DNA of 64,000 nt from NCBI RefSeq assembly GCF_009914755.1, contig NC_060931.1; one strand, 5' to 3'. Within the stretch, counting starts at the first letter, position 1. Each line of letters starts with the position of its first letter. Shown in pieces: positions 13,393 through 38,481 of this stretch. The stretch is from the human T2T-CHM13v2.0 reference genome, Homo sapiens. Position numbers and translations under genes: made by a program. The notes under the pieces are model-generated. The model ran no database searches and had not been told where the DNA came from. It worked only from the letters and a program-made list of their open reading frames with translations.

Positions 13393-14819
13393 GTCAGAGT
13401 CTTTTTAAAAATTTTTTTAAGGAGGTGTGTTGTATTACTTCCACCTATTGTGGTATTTCCAAACTTTTTTCTATTGTTGATTTCTAATTTAATTTGAGAA
13501 ATATTTATGTGATTTCAATTTTTAAAAATGAATTGATAATTACTTTATTGCATAACACATGGTCAATCCTGGAGAATGGTCCATGAATACTTTGTTGTCA
13601 TTGAATGGAGTGTTCTGTAGATGTTAGGTGGTCAAGTTAGTTGGGTTATTCAGGTCTTCTGTATCTTTACATACTTTTTGTTTAATTCTATCGATTAAGA
13701 AGAGAGGAGTGTTGAAATTTTCAACTCTACTGTTGCATTGCCTGTTTTTCTTTTCAACTCTTTCAGTATTTGGGGGCTTTTAAATTAAGTTCATATACAT
13801 AATTAATATTGACAATTATATTATATATAAATATAATAATTATTATTTCTTACCTGATATAATAGCCCCTTTTTCATTATGAAATATACCTTTTTGTTTT
13901 GGGGATTATTCTACATCTTAAAGTGTATTTTTCTGGTACTAATATATTTATCCCTATTCTCTTACAGTTACTATTTTTATGATATATGTTTTTCCATCCT
14001 TTTATTTTCAACCTATTGTGTGTTTGAGTCTAAAAGTTATCTCTAGCAGACAGAGTATACTTAGATGTTGCCTTTTAAAATCTAGTATAATCATGTTGTC
14101 GTTGATTGAAGTGTGCAGTTCATTCACATATAATGTCATTTTCATATGGCAGCTATTTTTGGACATCTTGGGTTGCTTTTTTGCTCTTCTTGTTTACTAT
14201 CTGTTTTGTGGGAAACAAGTATTTTTTGCACTATTTTACTTCCTCTCATAACATTTTTTAGTAATTTCTTATTTAGATGTTCATATTTCCAGTGGTTACT
14301 GAGATTACAATGTGCATCTTTACCTTATCATAATGTATTTTAAGTTAGTACTGATTTAATTGTGGTAAGATTTCACAACTTTGCTCTAATATTGCTCCAT
14401 CCTCACCTTGTATTTGGGCTATTTTTGTCATACATTTTATATCTATAAGTGTTATAAATACAACAATACAGTTTTATAATTATTGCTTTAAACAAATTTT
14501 TATTTTGAAGTAAAGTAAGAGAAGTGTTTGTGTGTATGTGCATATACATATATACTGTTATTTTATATTTATCTACATATTTACATTCCTAGTGCTTTTC
14601 ATTCCTTCCTATGGATGCAAGTTACCATGTGGTGTTATTTTCTTTCTGTCTGAAGGACTTCTTTTTTACCATTTCTTGTGTGGCATGTCTGCCAGCACTG
14701 AGTCTTCTCAGTTTGGTTTATCTGGGAATGTGTTTATTTCACCTTCATTTCTGAATAATGTTTTAACTGATTCAGAACTCTTGGTTGATAACTTCTTCTT
14801 CCTCTGAGCATTTTAAGTA

Positions 14820-19954
<5,135 letters not shown>

Positions 19955-20174
19955 TCATTTTACTACCTTCTGGCCTAAAAAGTTCTGATGAAAGTTCAGC
20001 GATTAGTCATATTACTGTTTTCCAGTAAGTGATAAGTCATTTTTCTGTTTGTGCTTTCAAGATTTTTATGTTGTATTTGGTTTTCAGAAGTTTGAGTTTG
20101 ACTATAAGGTATCAAGATTTACTTCTCTTTGTTTATTTGGAGTTTCTTGAGATTCTTGGATCTGTAGGCTAATG

Positions 20175-20426
20175 TTTTTCTTTTCTTTTCTTTTTCTTTT
20201 AAACAGACAGGGTCTTTTTCTGTTTCCCAGGCTCAAGAGATCCTCCCACCTCAGCCTCTGGAGTAGCTGGTTACATATCACCACGCTGGGCTAATTTTTT
20301 ATTTTTTGTAAAGATGGAGTCTTGTTACGTTGCCCAGGCTTGTCTTGAACTCTGGGACTCAAGTGATCCTTCCACCTTGGCCTCTCAAAATGTTGGGATT
20401 ACAGGTGTGAGTCACTGCACCTGGCC
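20175..20426 (-). mobile_element. AluJ with internal deletion
   Basis: Diverged Alu, right arm shortened. Confidence 0.85.
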
Positions 20427-22406
20427 TTTTCTTCATTTATAAAAAGCTGTTAATCATTACATTTTCAAAGACTTTTTGCTCCTCCCTTTGCTCTCTCCTC
20501 TCCCGGAACTCCCGTTTTATAAATGTTGAGATACTGGATAGTATACTACATGTTTCTGAGGCTCTGCTCATTTTTCTTCAAGCTTTATTTTCTCTATTCT
20601 TTGGTTGGGATAATATGTATTGATGTGTTTTTAGGTTCACTGATTCTTTCTTCTTTGAACTGAAATCTTCTGTTGAGCCCATCTATTACAATTTAAATTT
20701 CAATTATTGATTTTTAAGTCTAGTATTTCCATTTGGATCTTTATTATAATTTTATATCTCTATTGAAATTTTTTCTATTTGCTGAACATTGAACACTGTC
20801 ACAATATTTTCCTTTAATTCTTTCGCTATGGTGGTCTTTAATTCTGTGGATATCCCCATAACAGCACTTTGAAGTCTTTAATTCACTCAGAGTCCCTTTC
20901 TATTGACTGCTTTTTTCATAAGTATGGATCTCGATTTTCTGTTTCTTTACATGTCTACTAATTTTTTTTGTTGTTGAAAACTGGAAGTTATAAATAATGC
21001 ATTTAGCAACTTTGGATTTTGTCTTATTTTTCTAAGAGTTGTTGTCTCTTCTTTTCTAGTAACTTTCTGGGCTTCAACTGTGGATCTGTTTACCCCGGAA
21101 TGTAGAGTTTTTTACATCTCTGCTCATTTATTAGCCTGGCTTTCTAAGGATCACTCCTGTGTCTACATAGCTTAGAGTCATCGAGCAACTTTTGCTGAAA
21201 CACTTCAAGCTTGTAAGGTGTGGTAACCCTACAATGGCCTCTAACTGTTCAAGTGAAAGAGTCACCATCTGTTGATCGATCCACGTGTGAGCTAGGGAAT
21301 ATATTCTAAGTGGCAGCCAGTTCTCAAGTTCCCCTGGGCTTTCTTTCACTTTCTGCTGAGCTCTTTTAGGTCTCCCCCGACACATGCATGGTTTCCCAAT
21401 CAACTAGGGATATGTAGAGAGCTTATCTCAGCCCTTCCATGATGCTCTTCTCCAGATTATTTCCAGGATCTCCCTGCTAAACTTATGGCTGATCACCGTT
21501 GCTTCATCAGGGATCAAACCTTGAGCTAGCAAAGCTGTAGGTTCTGCTTGTTAATTCCCAACGGCCTCCATCACTTTTGGCCAGGAGAGCCATGGATCTT
21601 TACACCTCGGTGAAATCATCTGTCCCAATAGCAGTAAACCAGCTGGTTTTTGCAGCCAGTTCCACAGTGATAAAACTACTGTTCTCACTAACCAAGCTGA
21701 GGGCAGTGTAGACAGAGCAGCCTCAGGCAAGGAGGCCACAGTATAGTTGCTTTTACTGAAGTTCATGCAGTTTTTCAAAAATAAATATTTCTCAATTCAT
21801 TGTATGCCACTGATGATTTCCTGCGCCCTGAAATGCTTGTGATAATTTTTCCAGTTTTATACTTAGTCTTTTGCACAGAGGAATTTCTAACACCTTCATG
21901 CGATCATCATCAGAATTCTCTTTTGTACTTATTTTTATCTGAAGGAGCCTAGGGGTTTTAGGTTCCAAAGGGCAAGTTAGCCTTCTCTAATTACATCTGC
22001 ATTTTGTTAAATTGCAAGGGTCATTTTAAAAGACAGATTTTTTTTTTTCCAAAGCAACATTCAGGCAAGGATTTTCCTAACATTGAAAAACAACTGTTTT
22101 ATATGCAAAAAGGTATGACATTGGAGTGATTATGTTTTCTTTCCAAATTTCCAGAGTGTGAAATCCATGAGAAAAAGCTTGCATATAAAAAACGAAAAAC
22201 CATAAACAAACCCAAACCACCAAAAACCCCCAAAGCCCAAAAAACTTGTTCAGTCTGCAACTTAATCTTCATCTATTGATTTCCATTATGTATTCATGTC
22301 TATTTGGTGAATCACTTTGGAACTAAGTCACATAAATTCTCTCTTGTGATATTATCTGGGTGTTAAGTTTGAAGGCTCTTTTTGGTCTTTTAAAAGCATT
22401 TCTATG

Positions 22407-23016
22407 TGTGGTAGGTAGAATTATAATATTTCTGCCTCCTGATGAACACATCTTACTTAATTCCCTATTCTGAATAAGGGCAGAACCTGTGAAAATGACT
22501 GGATATCACTTCCACGGTTATATTTTGTTACATGGCAATGACAAAAGGATTCTGCATATGTAATTAAGGACTCCAATCAGTTTATTTTGGGGTAATCAAG
22601 ATTTTCCTAGATGGGCCAGGCATATTCAGGGAACCCTTTAAATGTAGAGTTTTCTCTAGCTGGTTTTGAAAGAAAGAAATAGCTATGCTACTCACTCCCT
22701 AGGAAGAGGGGCAGACTCTAGTAATTGAGAGTGATCCCTAACTGATGGCTGGGAAGCAAATGGGAGTTCAGTCCGGCAACTGCAAGGAACCGTATTCTGC
22801 CAACAACCAGTGAACTTGCAAGAGGACCACAGTCTCAAATCAGACTGAAGCCCTGGCCAACATTTTGACTTCAGCCTTGTAAAACTCTGAGCAGGGAACT
22901 CAATTATGTTATGTCCAGGCTTCTGATGTGCAGAAACTGTGAGGTAATAAATTTGTGTTGATTTAAGCTGATAAGTGTGTGGCAATTTATCACGGAGCAA
23001 TAGAAAGCTAATACAC
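22407..23016 (+). mobile_element. MLT1 (D/E/F-like) MaLR LTR
   Basis: tgtggtaggtagaatt... to ...aataaatttgtgttg...gcaatagaaagctaataca. Confidence 0.8.
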
Positions 23017-23199
23017 TGTGCAATCTTCCTTTATAAATTAATCTTCCTTTGAAACACCCAAGATGTGAGAATTTCTATTTACTTAAGATACAGGTTGCCA
23101 TGAAATTATTCAGTTACTCAGGACTTTTTGCCTTACAATAGGTTTAATTTCACAACTTCTGGAGCACAGTTTCTATGCATTTCTTTCTTGATTTCCAAA

Positions 23200-23430
23200 A
23201 GAATAGATAATCACAACCCTTTTGTGTCCTTGCTATGTACCAAGCACAGTTGTTCTAAGTGACAGGCTGTTCGCATCACCCTGTGTAATTCTCATTTTGC
23301 AGATGAGGGGAGTGAAGTGGTGCTGAGGGTGAAGCTATGCCCCCAACGTCACATTTGTACAGAGTGGCAGAACCAGGATTCAAATCTGAGAGCCCCACAC
23401 TCTGCAGGTCTTAACCCCATGCCTTACTAT
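23200..23430 (-). mobile_element. MIR
   Basis: ctcattttgcagatgagg...gtggcagaaccaggattcaaatc. Confidence 0.7.
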
Positions 23431-24937
23431 TGCTTCCACAAGCACATTATAGAAAGTGTGGAAAATTCAGAAAATTACTGAGAAGGAAATATAAATCACT
23501 AGTAATGTCTTCATTTAGAGACAGCCATGTAATCACTATGACTATTTTGGCATTCATTCTGTCTAGGAAAATAGCTCTGTCAATAGAGAGGTGGGCACAT
23601 TATAACTTAATGGGGATTTTACTCTGCTTAATGCTTTACAACTTCTTCTTTTTTCCCTTTTCCATAACAAATTTTAAAATATTCTGTATTCTTACCTCCA
23701 GTATTAATATATTTACAAAAAAAAATTACTTCCTTTGTTCCTGAAGCACAGCATGCTGTCATCATGGATTCTTTCGGTATTGCTCACTGTGTGACCTTTC
23801 CCCAAAGTCACAGGCCCTTCTCAGAGTGTCCCTGTGGTCTTTCTCTTCAGGTTTCCACCTCAGAGCAATCCAGGAAAGAGAGAGGCAGACAGGTGGTGAA
23901 AAATTCAGATGATCAGAAACCTACCATTTGTGCTAAAGTTGGGGTTAAATGCAATGATAATTTAAAAATAAAGGTAGGAGATTATGGAGAAGAGAGAGTG
24001 TATGGGAACTGCCACGGTAAAGGGCACGTGCAGAGGGCAGTAGCTGTGTCCAGAGAATGAGGGTGGTCCAGCTAGACCGCGAAGATCTGCCTGGCCCATG
24101 AGGGTGGAATGTGTGGTGGGTCAGATGCAGGGCCAATGTCCAGATTGCATGGCTAAGCCAAGACCATGAACCCCACCAACCCTGAAACTTCACTTGCTGG
24201 CGCTCTTAGGGCTGAGGACAGAGACCACCTCCAAAGGCTGAGAACCATGAACATCAGAGTGACGGGTAAGTCCTCCTGGAGAACTAAGATCAACCCTCAC
24301 AGAGGAGGGAAGGAAGAGGAAAAGCTAGTTACCAAAGGAGACTCAATTTAACCACATAAATGGCAAGATGAAATGTTTTCTGCTATCAGCAGAAACAGTG
24401 TCTTATGAACAAGCGTTTAGTTATAGAGAAATAGAAAGAGTGAAATTTCTGTGTGTCTAAGTCGTGATAATAAATTTTCAACCTTCTGTTGGCTCTGTCT
24501 AAATCCTTCCTATTCTTGTCAGTGACACTGTTATTTTATTGCTCACATTGGCTTGAAATTATGTGGCCACCTCTGTGTTCATCAATCAAACTATGAAGTC
24601 ATCGTGAACCACTCTGTGTGTGGTATGCGGGTGTGGAGAGGGGATTATAACCTGACACTGAAGGCATTTTATATTTAACCAAATGTGAGTAAGGGAAAAA
24701 TTCAGGTTTTTTCTTAAACTTTTAAAAAGCTTCCTGAGTACCAAATAGTGCTTTTAAAAAAACGAACATTCAGTGAATTAATTTAAATGTCAATGACTTA
24801 GAAACACAAGGATTATTTTCCCCCTAAATCACCCACGTAAAGAAATGTTTTGCAAAAATTAACATGTCTTATCATTTATTCTGCAACATTTGAAAAGTGG
24901 CAGAAAGAGGCACAGCCTGTTCAAGCATAGTCGACCC

Positions 24938-29378
<4,441 letters not shown>

Positions 29379-30244
29379 AAGCATAGTCGACCCTGCATTT
29401 GCTTAGTGTTCAAATGGGACATACTGTTCAGTGCTAACAAATATGGTAAACTGGGGAAGGGGATCTTGGGGCTTTCCACAGCTTCAATCTGCTTTGGGAA
29501 TACATTTATGGCCACGTCCTCAGGTCTTCTGGTTAGTTCCCCACTGCGGGGTTACGCTTTGGGATTGGAGCTGGGGTTGTTTGTGATGGGTCTGTAGGCT
29601 CAATAGCTCAGTAACTTCAGTGAGGGCTCCTTTTAGAGTATCCCTCCAGTCACAACAATACCCTGCTTCAGTGAGAGCTATCCCCTCACGCCATGAGCCT
29701 GGCAGCCATCTCTGTATTTTGAGCTCTCCCCACTCCCACCCACCCCTTAGTCAGTGAACTAAAGACTTAGCCCAAATTCTCTCTGCTGGGAAGCTGGAAT
29801 TGGTAACCAGAAGGTGAACACACTTCTGCGGGCTGAACTACCACATATGAACTCAGAGCTTTTGGGAGCCAGTAGTCAGCCAAAGGGTGGAGGGCATTAA
29901 ACCAGCTGGTCTGTAGGGATAGAGATGGAGGCAGTGGCGAGGCACCGGGAGAGAGAACTCTCTGGGTTCCAGGCGGCCAACATTTTTTGTTTCCTAGCTT
30001 GATTTGTAGGCCTGTTTTCTCCTTTTGATTCTAAAATTCACTCTTGTAATTCTCACAAGCAAATTTCCTCTTTTTCTCTTCTTATTTTTTTTTTTTTTTT
30101 TTGCTTAGCCTAGTTTAAGTTAATTCCTGTTACTTGCAACCCCAGGAGTTTCGCTCCTGGTTGCTATATTTGTGGTGAGGAACTTGGTGTCTGGGAAATA
30201 AGACAAAGGAACAGGCATATGACAAAAGAAAACTAATAACTACA

Positions 30245-31330
30245 ACAACAATTTTAAAATATAGGTCTTAGATATGACACCAAAAATACAAGAGACAAAA
30301 GAAAAAAATAGATACACTGGACTCCATCAAAATTACTAAATTTTGTTCGTGAAAGGACACCATTATGAAAGTGGGGGAAGGAAACACAGAATGGGAGAAA
30401 ATATTTGTGAATCATATATTTGAAAAAAGACGTCTATCTAGAATATATGGAGAATTTTTGCAATTCAACAATAAAAAGACAAACCCAATTTAAAGAGGGG
30501 CAAAATATTTGAATAGAAATTTTTTTTCAAAGAAGATATACAAATGGCCAATAAGCACATGAAAAGATGCTAACATCATTATCATTTGGGAAATACAAAT
30601 TAAAACCAAAAATGAGATCTCACTCCACAGCTACTATGATGGCGATAGCAAAATGATGAATAACTAAGTGTTGGCAAGAAGGTGGAGAAGTTACAACTTT
30701 CATACACCGCTGGTAGAAATGTAAAATGGTGCAGCTGCTTGGAAAATAGTTTGGCAGTTCCTCAAAATGTTAAAGATGGTATTACCGCATGCCCTAGAAA
30801 TTCCACTCCTAGGTATATACCCAAAAGAAATAAAAACACATGTCTACACAAAATCTTGTACATGAATATTCATAGCAGAATTATTCATAATTACCAAGAA
30901 GTGAAAACAACTCAAATGTCCATCAACAATGAATAAATAACAAAACCAAGTATGTCCATACAATGGAATATTATTCAGCTGTAAGAAGAAATAGGGTTGA
31001 TACATGCCACAACATGAATGAACCTTGAAAACATTATGCTAAGTCAAAGAGGCCTGTAGCAAAAGGCCATGTTTTATATTATCGTATTTATGTGAAATGC
31101 CCATAGAGACAGGAAGTAGAGTGGTGATTTCCAAGGGCTATAGAGAGAAGGAAATGGGGAGTAAATGCTAAGAGAATTGGATTTTTGGGGGGAGCAGTGA
31201 AATGTTCTGGAATTAGATATTGGTGATCAATGCACAACTCATGAATATACTAAATGCCACTTTTACACTTTAAAAGAGTGAAGTTTATGATACATGAATT
31301 ATATTTCTCAATAAAGCTGTTATTTAAAAC
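30245..31330 (+). mobile_element. L1MB-type 3' end
   Basis: Decayed ORF2 C-terminus and 3'UTR ending tcaataaagctgttattt. Confidence 0.85.
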
Positions 31331-32008
31331 AATATGGGAAAAATATTTTACCCTGATTTAATCACATCAACAATAACATAATCATAATTAAAGCGAGGAA
31401 TAAGCCAAGTTTTAACTAACTATGTAACCTTGAACAAGTTACTTATTTCTGTCTTTATTTTTTCGCCTACCAAACAAGGATAATGATAATACAGACTTCA
31501 TAAGGTCATTGTAATGATTAAATGGGTTAGTACACATAAATCTTTTGGAAGATGGCTTATCATACAGTCAGTGTCCAATAAATGTTGGCAATTATTATAA
31601 TTATTAACTCGCAAATGTAATTTGTGTGGCTGAAGAGCACTTGGCTGTAGTGACTTTCTCCAGGCATCACTCCAATTAGTCCACATTCAAGTCAGAGAAA
31701 AGATGGAAGGTACAACCCCCACGGAGAAGTGTTGGGGAGACCAGTAGCAAAACAAACTTTATGAGTAAGAAGCAAATTTGATTACTCAACAATAATCTTC
31801 ATAAAAATGGATGAAACCCAACTAGTTCAGTTGATCTTGAAGAAAAATAGGAAGGAAGAACTTCTTCCATGTGTTGGGAAGGTGATATAAATATTTTAGG
31901 TTATTATGATCTTACAAATCAAGGCAAGGATATCCTTTTATGATCAAGGTAAGAATTTATGTTGGAATGGCAATTAAAAGACAGCTGACAACTAACAAAA
32001 ATGAAGAG

Positions 32009-32313
32009 GGCTGGACACGGTGGCTCATGCTTATAATCCCAGCACTTTGGGAGGCTGAGGCAGACAGATTGCTTGGGCCCAGAAGTTTGAGACCAGCCTG
32101 GACAACATAATGAGACCCTGTCTCCACGAAAATAAAAATAAAACAATTAGGCAGGCATGGTGGTGTGCACCTGTAGTCCCAGTTACACAGGAGGCTGAGG
32201 TGGGAGGATCACTAGAGCCTGGGCTGTTGAGGCTTCAGTGTGCTATAATTGTACCACTGCACTGTAGCCTGGGTGATAGAGTAGGACTTTGTCTTTATTA
32301 AAAAAAAAAAAAA
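32009..32313 (+). mobile_element. AluJ
   Basis: Diverged dimer with poly-A. Confidence 0.92.
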
Positions 32314-32499
32314 GATGAATCATTCTTGCTCAGATGGGATGATCAGAAATCCAGCTGCCTAATCACCTTTTGCTCAGAAAAGTTTCTGTGGCCTGGGTTC
32401 TTTCAGCAAGCAGGTGAATGCAACAGAATCTTTGAGATAACTGAAGCTTCCTTCTTTGACTAGCAATATTCAGGTAGAAATGTTTCTAGAATTCTAAAG

Positions 32500-32830
<331 letters not shown>

Positions 32831-33399
32831 TAAAATCTTAAAGTTTTAAACACTCTTTTTGAGGCTATTACTTCACCTTCCCCAGGTGGCTTTATGAGCG
32901 GAGTCTGCAGTGCCTGCTTCCAAGCTATGAGCCTCTGCCCTGCACTTCATGGTGCTCTGCTGGCTCTGGCATTGGCAGTTTAAAGAGTTTTAGAGAAAGG
33001 GTATTATCAAGGGCACTAAGGGCCCAGTTCAACATTCATTTTAAAGGACTGTAATCTTTACAAGGCTCCAGGTTTTCGTTTTCCTCTAAACTGGACAGTG
33101 AATTTCCTGAAGACAGACATTCTAAAAATCCTTCCTCTCCTTCATCTGTGTATCCCTGGCTCTGAGAGCAGGGTCTCGCATATTCAGTGGCCATGTGAGA
33201 ACTGAGTGCGCGGAAATGTTTGGGGACCACCTTTCTGCTGGAGGGTTTGAAGTCATGTAACCCTGCTTTTTGTCAGAAAGTTGTTAGGGTGTTGGCAACA
33301 AATGTAGAGTTAGAAGAACTCCAATCAACAATTCCTTCTCTTTTCTCCTCTCTTCCACACACTTCTTCCTCTTCCCACCAGCTGCGAGAGAGCGGACCT

Positions 33400-34480
33400 C
33401 ACTGCTTCCTGAGATGCTTCCCACATACAACCCTTCCAGCAGGTACACCCCAGGATCCCGTATCAGGAGACACTCGCTCCCCAGCTTCTGGAGCCATTGG
33501 TCTGAAGGATTATGCCAGCATCAGAGTCCCTTGCCAGAACTGTCTCCACCAACGGGAGATGTCTCAAAATTACAGCCCTCCCCTGTGGTCAGGTCACATC
33601 GAGGGACTGTTTGATGTGGGAATTCCAAGACCTGCACCTACTTCAGGACAACTCTGAAGAGCTATTTTAGTCCCAGAGCTCTCAGTGGGACTTCTTTTAT
33701 GGCTGCAGCACAGCCCGGCTTCTCTCTGCCAACCCCACTGCCTTCCTCTCTTGCTCGTCTTTTTGCCAAGAGCACTTCTCAATAAACTCCCCTGCACACA
33801 CATTTCTAATCCTGTCTCCCCCAAAAGCCAACTTCAATCAGTGAAGCACCAAGTTGGACCACCTTCAGCCCCTGTCTCAGCACATAGGCAGTGCTCAGTA
33901 AGTGTTCATCACAAGACTGGACTCCTCTTGCACCCACCTTTCTTGCTATTATGACAACAGGTGAATAAGTCACCCAGGCAGAGTTAACCAGAAGAAGTTG
34001 GGAGTTGCTGGGAAAATGGATGCTAAATCATCCTCAAACCTAATCAGCAACAGAGTCTCCAAGCCCTTGGGGCCATGAGAATTTGTATGGGCAACCAAAG
34101 TGAACCTCTGTGAATGATAGAGATGACCACACATTTCTTGACCCTCTCCATCAAAATGAAGGGTCTCTGCCCCCTCCCTTTGAGTCTGGGTGGAGGAACT
34201 TGTGAATGCTTTGAGCAATGGAAGATGGCAAGTAATGCTGTGCCTGTTTCCAGACCCAAAACTTGAAAGATTGGCAGCTTCTAATTCCTGTCTTTTGGAA
34301 TTCTCTCTGGGATTCCTAAGCTGCCAGGTAAGAAAGCCTACTACCCAAGATAGCCATGTGTGGGCACTCTGATGGCACTCCCAGATGAGCCAACCCTCTA
34401 GCCATTCCCTCACCCCTAAGGTGCCAAATATGTGAGTGAAGCTGTTTTTGTCAGTCCCAGATCCATCAATCCACCATCCG
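33400..34480. mobile_element. Old ERVL/MaLR-type LTR fragments
   Basis: LTR-like 3' end (ttctcaataaactcccctgcacac...) at ~33780 and MLT1-like tract at 34100-34480; subfamily uncertain. Confidence 0.4.
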
Positions 34481-35012
34481 AATACCACCTCCTAACCTCG
34501 GTCACTCCTACATGGAGAAGAAGAATCACCAGCCAGTGTTCGAACAAATTTTTCACCCATAAAATCATAATACAACAAATGGTTATTATTGTAATTTTTG
34601 ATGCAGCAATAATAGAAAAACCAGAGCAACCCCATCCTGAAATCTCCCCAACACCTCCTTCTTACCCTCTATGACCTCACTGGGAACAGGGCAGAGAAAG
34701 GAATGTGTACCTCCTGTCCATTTTACTGAAGTGAAGGTCCAAGGATCTCAGCCCTGACAACTTGCCCAAACTCAAACATTTAGTTTGCAATGAGCCCAGA
34801 AGTAAAACTGATTCCATCTGAGCTTTTCTCAAGTGTATTTCCATTTGATGGGCAGTAGGGTTTTGTTTTGAGAAAAATGAAAAGGTGGCAAATAGTTATT
34901 TAAGGAAACCAAATACTGGGGGAGGATGATCTCCCAGGCATGGTTCAAAGGACCACACACCTCTGCCTTCAGGTCTCTGGAAAATAGTCTTGGGGAATCT
35001 GGGTCTTAATTA

Positions 35013-35570
<558 letters not shown>

Positions 35571-36396
35571 TTACTTACTACTCAGAGTTCTGAGTCTATG
35601 TGGCTCCATGGACTGTACCATCTAAATGCCACCACTATTATGAGAATTCCCACGTTATGAGAGCTACAATGTGAATATCAAAGATCTTACCTTACTTCCT
35701 GCTCTCATCCAAAAAAAACAAACAAAAAAAACCTCTTGGAAATAAAACACTTCATTAACAGATGAGCCAAGAAGCCATATCAACGCTCAGCGTCTCCAGG
35801 TGATCGCCAAATCTGGATTCTCTGAGAGATGGAAGGAAGCTAAGATGGTTGAGTCCTTACTGTGTGCACATGCCACAGATTTACATGCATGGTCACAATT
35901 TCCATGGTATCCCTATGAGATGGGTCTCACTCACTTCAGTTCACCAATAAGGACACAGAAGCATGGAGAGGGTTAAGTACATTGCTCCAGGTTTCCACAG
36001 CCAGTAGGAAATGGGAGAGAAGGGTAGGAGGAGGGCAGTGATTCAAACTCAGATGTGTTTATATGAGGTCAAAGCCCATGAAAAGCAGTAAAAATTTCAG
36101 ACTAAAATAGCCTGAAATAATAGTTACCTATACAAGAAGAAAAAATTCCAATCGCCAATGAGGTGGAAGAGTTTTATGCCCAATTTAAACTAGTATGCTT
36201 TTTATTCACATAGATGTATGTAGTGTCAATGTCTACTCTTAGACTCCACATTTCTCTGTGTCAGTGAGGTTACTGGTGCCTTACCTGGAATCTTACAATT
36301 CTTGATTTAATAAAATATGTGATTTATTATGCAAGCAAAGTACTGGATCCCATTGTTATGTCTACATAGAAAATACAAAAATATTTATTTGCATAC

Positions 36397-36523
36397 CTAC
36401 ACAGGTGTGCCCATTCGAGAGGCTGGGCCTGGACTGGTCATCGTTGGCTGGAGAGGCTGAGGACTGAAGAGACAGGAGCAAGAATAGAGGCGCCACCGTA
36501 AGGATTTTCCAGGGGGACTGCAT
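36397..36523 (-). CDS. AOAH: AOAH (acyloxyacyl hydrolase, LPS deacylase) first coding exon: signal peptide/propeptide and start of the saposin-like small subunit
   Basis: My minus-strand translation from the ATG at 36523 (context GAGATGC) gives MQSPWKILTVAPLFLLLSLQSSASPANDDQSRPSLSNGHTCV+G, which I recognise as the human AOAH N-terminus. The exon is 127 nt (42 codons + 1) and ends at the donor TAG|GTATGC (36397/36396). Confidence 0.97.
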
Positions 36524-36950
36524 CTCCGAGCTATGCACCCCAAGTGATCACCCGGCTTTGGAAGCTCCCAACTGAGGGATGCTGGAGCTGAGGCTGCAGA
36601 ATCAATTGATCTCTCTCTCCTTCTCTTCCTCACTCTCTTTGACACACACACCCCACCCTCTCACATACACACTTTTCAATAAGTGTGAAGTGAATAAAAG
36701 CACACATAAACACTCACAGACCCACAGCTTGCTCTTGTTGGACCCTGAGAGAGCCACACACAAAGAGCTGGAGGGAGTCTGTGGTGTGCGGTTCTGCTGA
36801 GGTAAAGACTGCAGGATAAAGAAAACCCAAGTTGCACAGTGGCACAACTTCCGTGCTCCCTGGCTCAGTGAAGTTAGTGTGCATAAACCCCGCGAGCCTC
36901 GAGGCTTGCCGGAACTGATCTGTTGGGTTGGTTAGGAGGCCCTTCCCCTT
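36524..36950 (-). promoter_or_regulatory. AOAH: AOAH 5'UTR and proximal promoter (TSS position approximate)
   Basis: Non-repetitive sequence directly upstream of the ATG with mild CpG enrichment. It has ETS cores (ACTTCCG 36847-36853; GCCGGAACT 36908-36916) and tandem RUNX-type TGTGGT/TGCGGT (36780-36792), consistent with a myeloid/NK promoter. No clear TATA box. Confidence 0.7.
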
Positions 36951-38163
36951 TCATTCTTGCAAAACAAAACAAAACGATACTAAAGCCAAAACTGAGAAGA
37001 AAAAAGAAAAAAAAAACTAATCCACAAGCACACAACCCTTTAACAATTTGATCAGCAGCACCCACATATTGTAGAAATTCTAATTGGTTACATTCAGAAC
37101 TTACTTAGTCTTGTTTTCAACAGCTTTATATGGTAAGGTTGTGATCCTTATTTTGTTGTAAAAGGATATTCTGGTCAAATAATATCTTTCCTCTGGAGAA
37201 ATTGGGTTATTCCTTGAAGGGTCAAGGCCTTTTATTTGGTGTGCAGAAAATAAGCAGTGCAGAAAATAATGGGCAGTTAGCATGGTGGGATTTTAGACCT
37301 AATGAGAAAAAACATGGGTTAGAATTAATCAATTCACAGTTGCTAGGCTGTGCACAATGCATCTTTTTTTTCTCCAGAATTTCGAAGTGCATTTTGTGGA
37401 TGATTTGTTAAGAGACTGATTTTCTGCTCTGAAGAATAGAACTGAACACTGTCTTTCTGAGGGAAAAAAAAAATCGGAACCAGATCATAGATAAAAGACA
37501 TATAATCTAAATGTTTCTCTCTAAAATAAGATAAAACAAAATCATATGCCATTCTCAGTCAAGATAAGAGGACAGGGCCAAAGTACCACAGTCTAGGTAA
37601 GTGTAGGAGGTCATGTGATTCTGTTTCTCTCTGCTTAGGCTCTGAGGGAGCTTATTACAAATTTTGAAATATTATAGAAGCTATCTAAATTGTTAGCAAT
37701 TAAAAAAATAGCATTTGGAGTAGCAGGCAAAGTTTTAGAGTAGCATCCTTTCCAGGATGTAGGAAATACCAGTTTTTATGGTTGGAAGATTTCTTGTGCA
37801 GTCATTAGTCTTACAAGCACCGATGGGGCTACAATTCCCAAACCTGCTGCAGAGATAGCACAAGTCAGAGTGTTTCCCTAATTACACTTCCAGCCCAATA
37901 CTGAGGATATCGTTGGGCGTCCATGGGCCTGTGACTTCCTCTGACTCTAAGGTGCTGCTGCTTCAGTTCTTCACTCTGTGACTAAGGGGAGCTCTGGGGT
38001 CACTAGGACCACCACAGGGGTGAGGCCTAGAGAAGTTCCAGAGACTTCCAAGGGAGGCTAAATAAAGGACTGATTGATTAGGAACTCAGATTGTGAAGAC
38101 AGAAAGGCTCATGCTTACGTCTCATGTCTACTGTTTATTCTGAGTAATATATTAGACCAGTGA

Positions 38164-38481
<318 letters not shown>

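Noticed and set aside
36397-36651. 84-aa minus-strand ORF from the track over the AOAH exon
   Set aside because: It starts at GTG and is in a different frame from the AOAH signal-peptide frame, which starts at ATG 36523.
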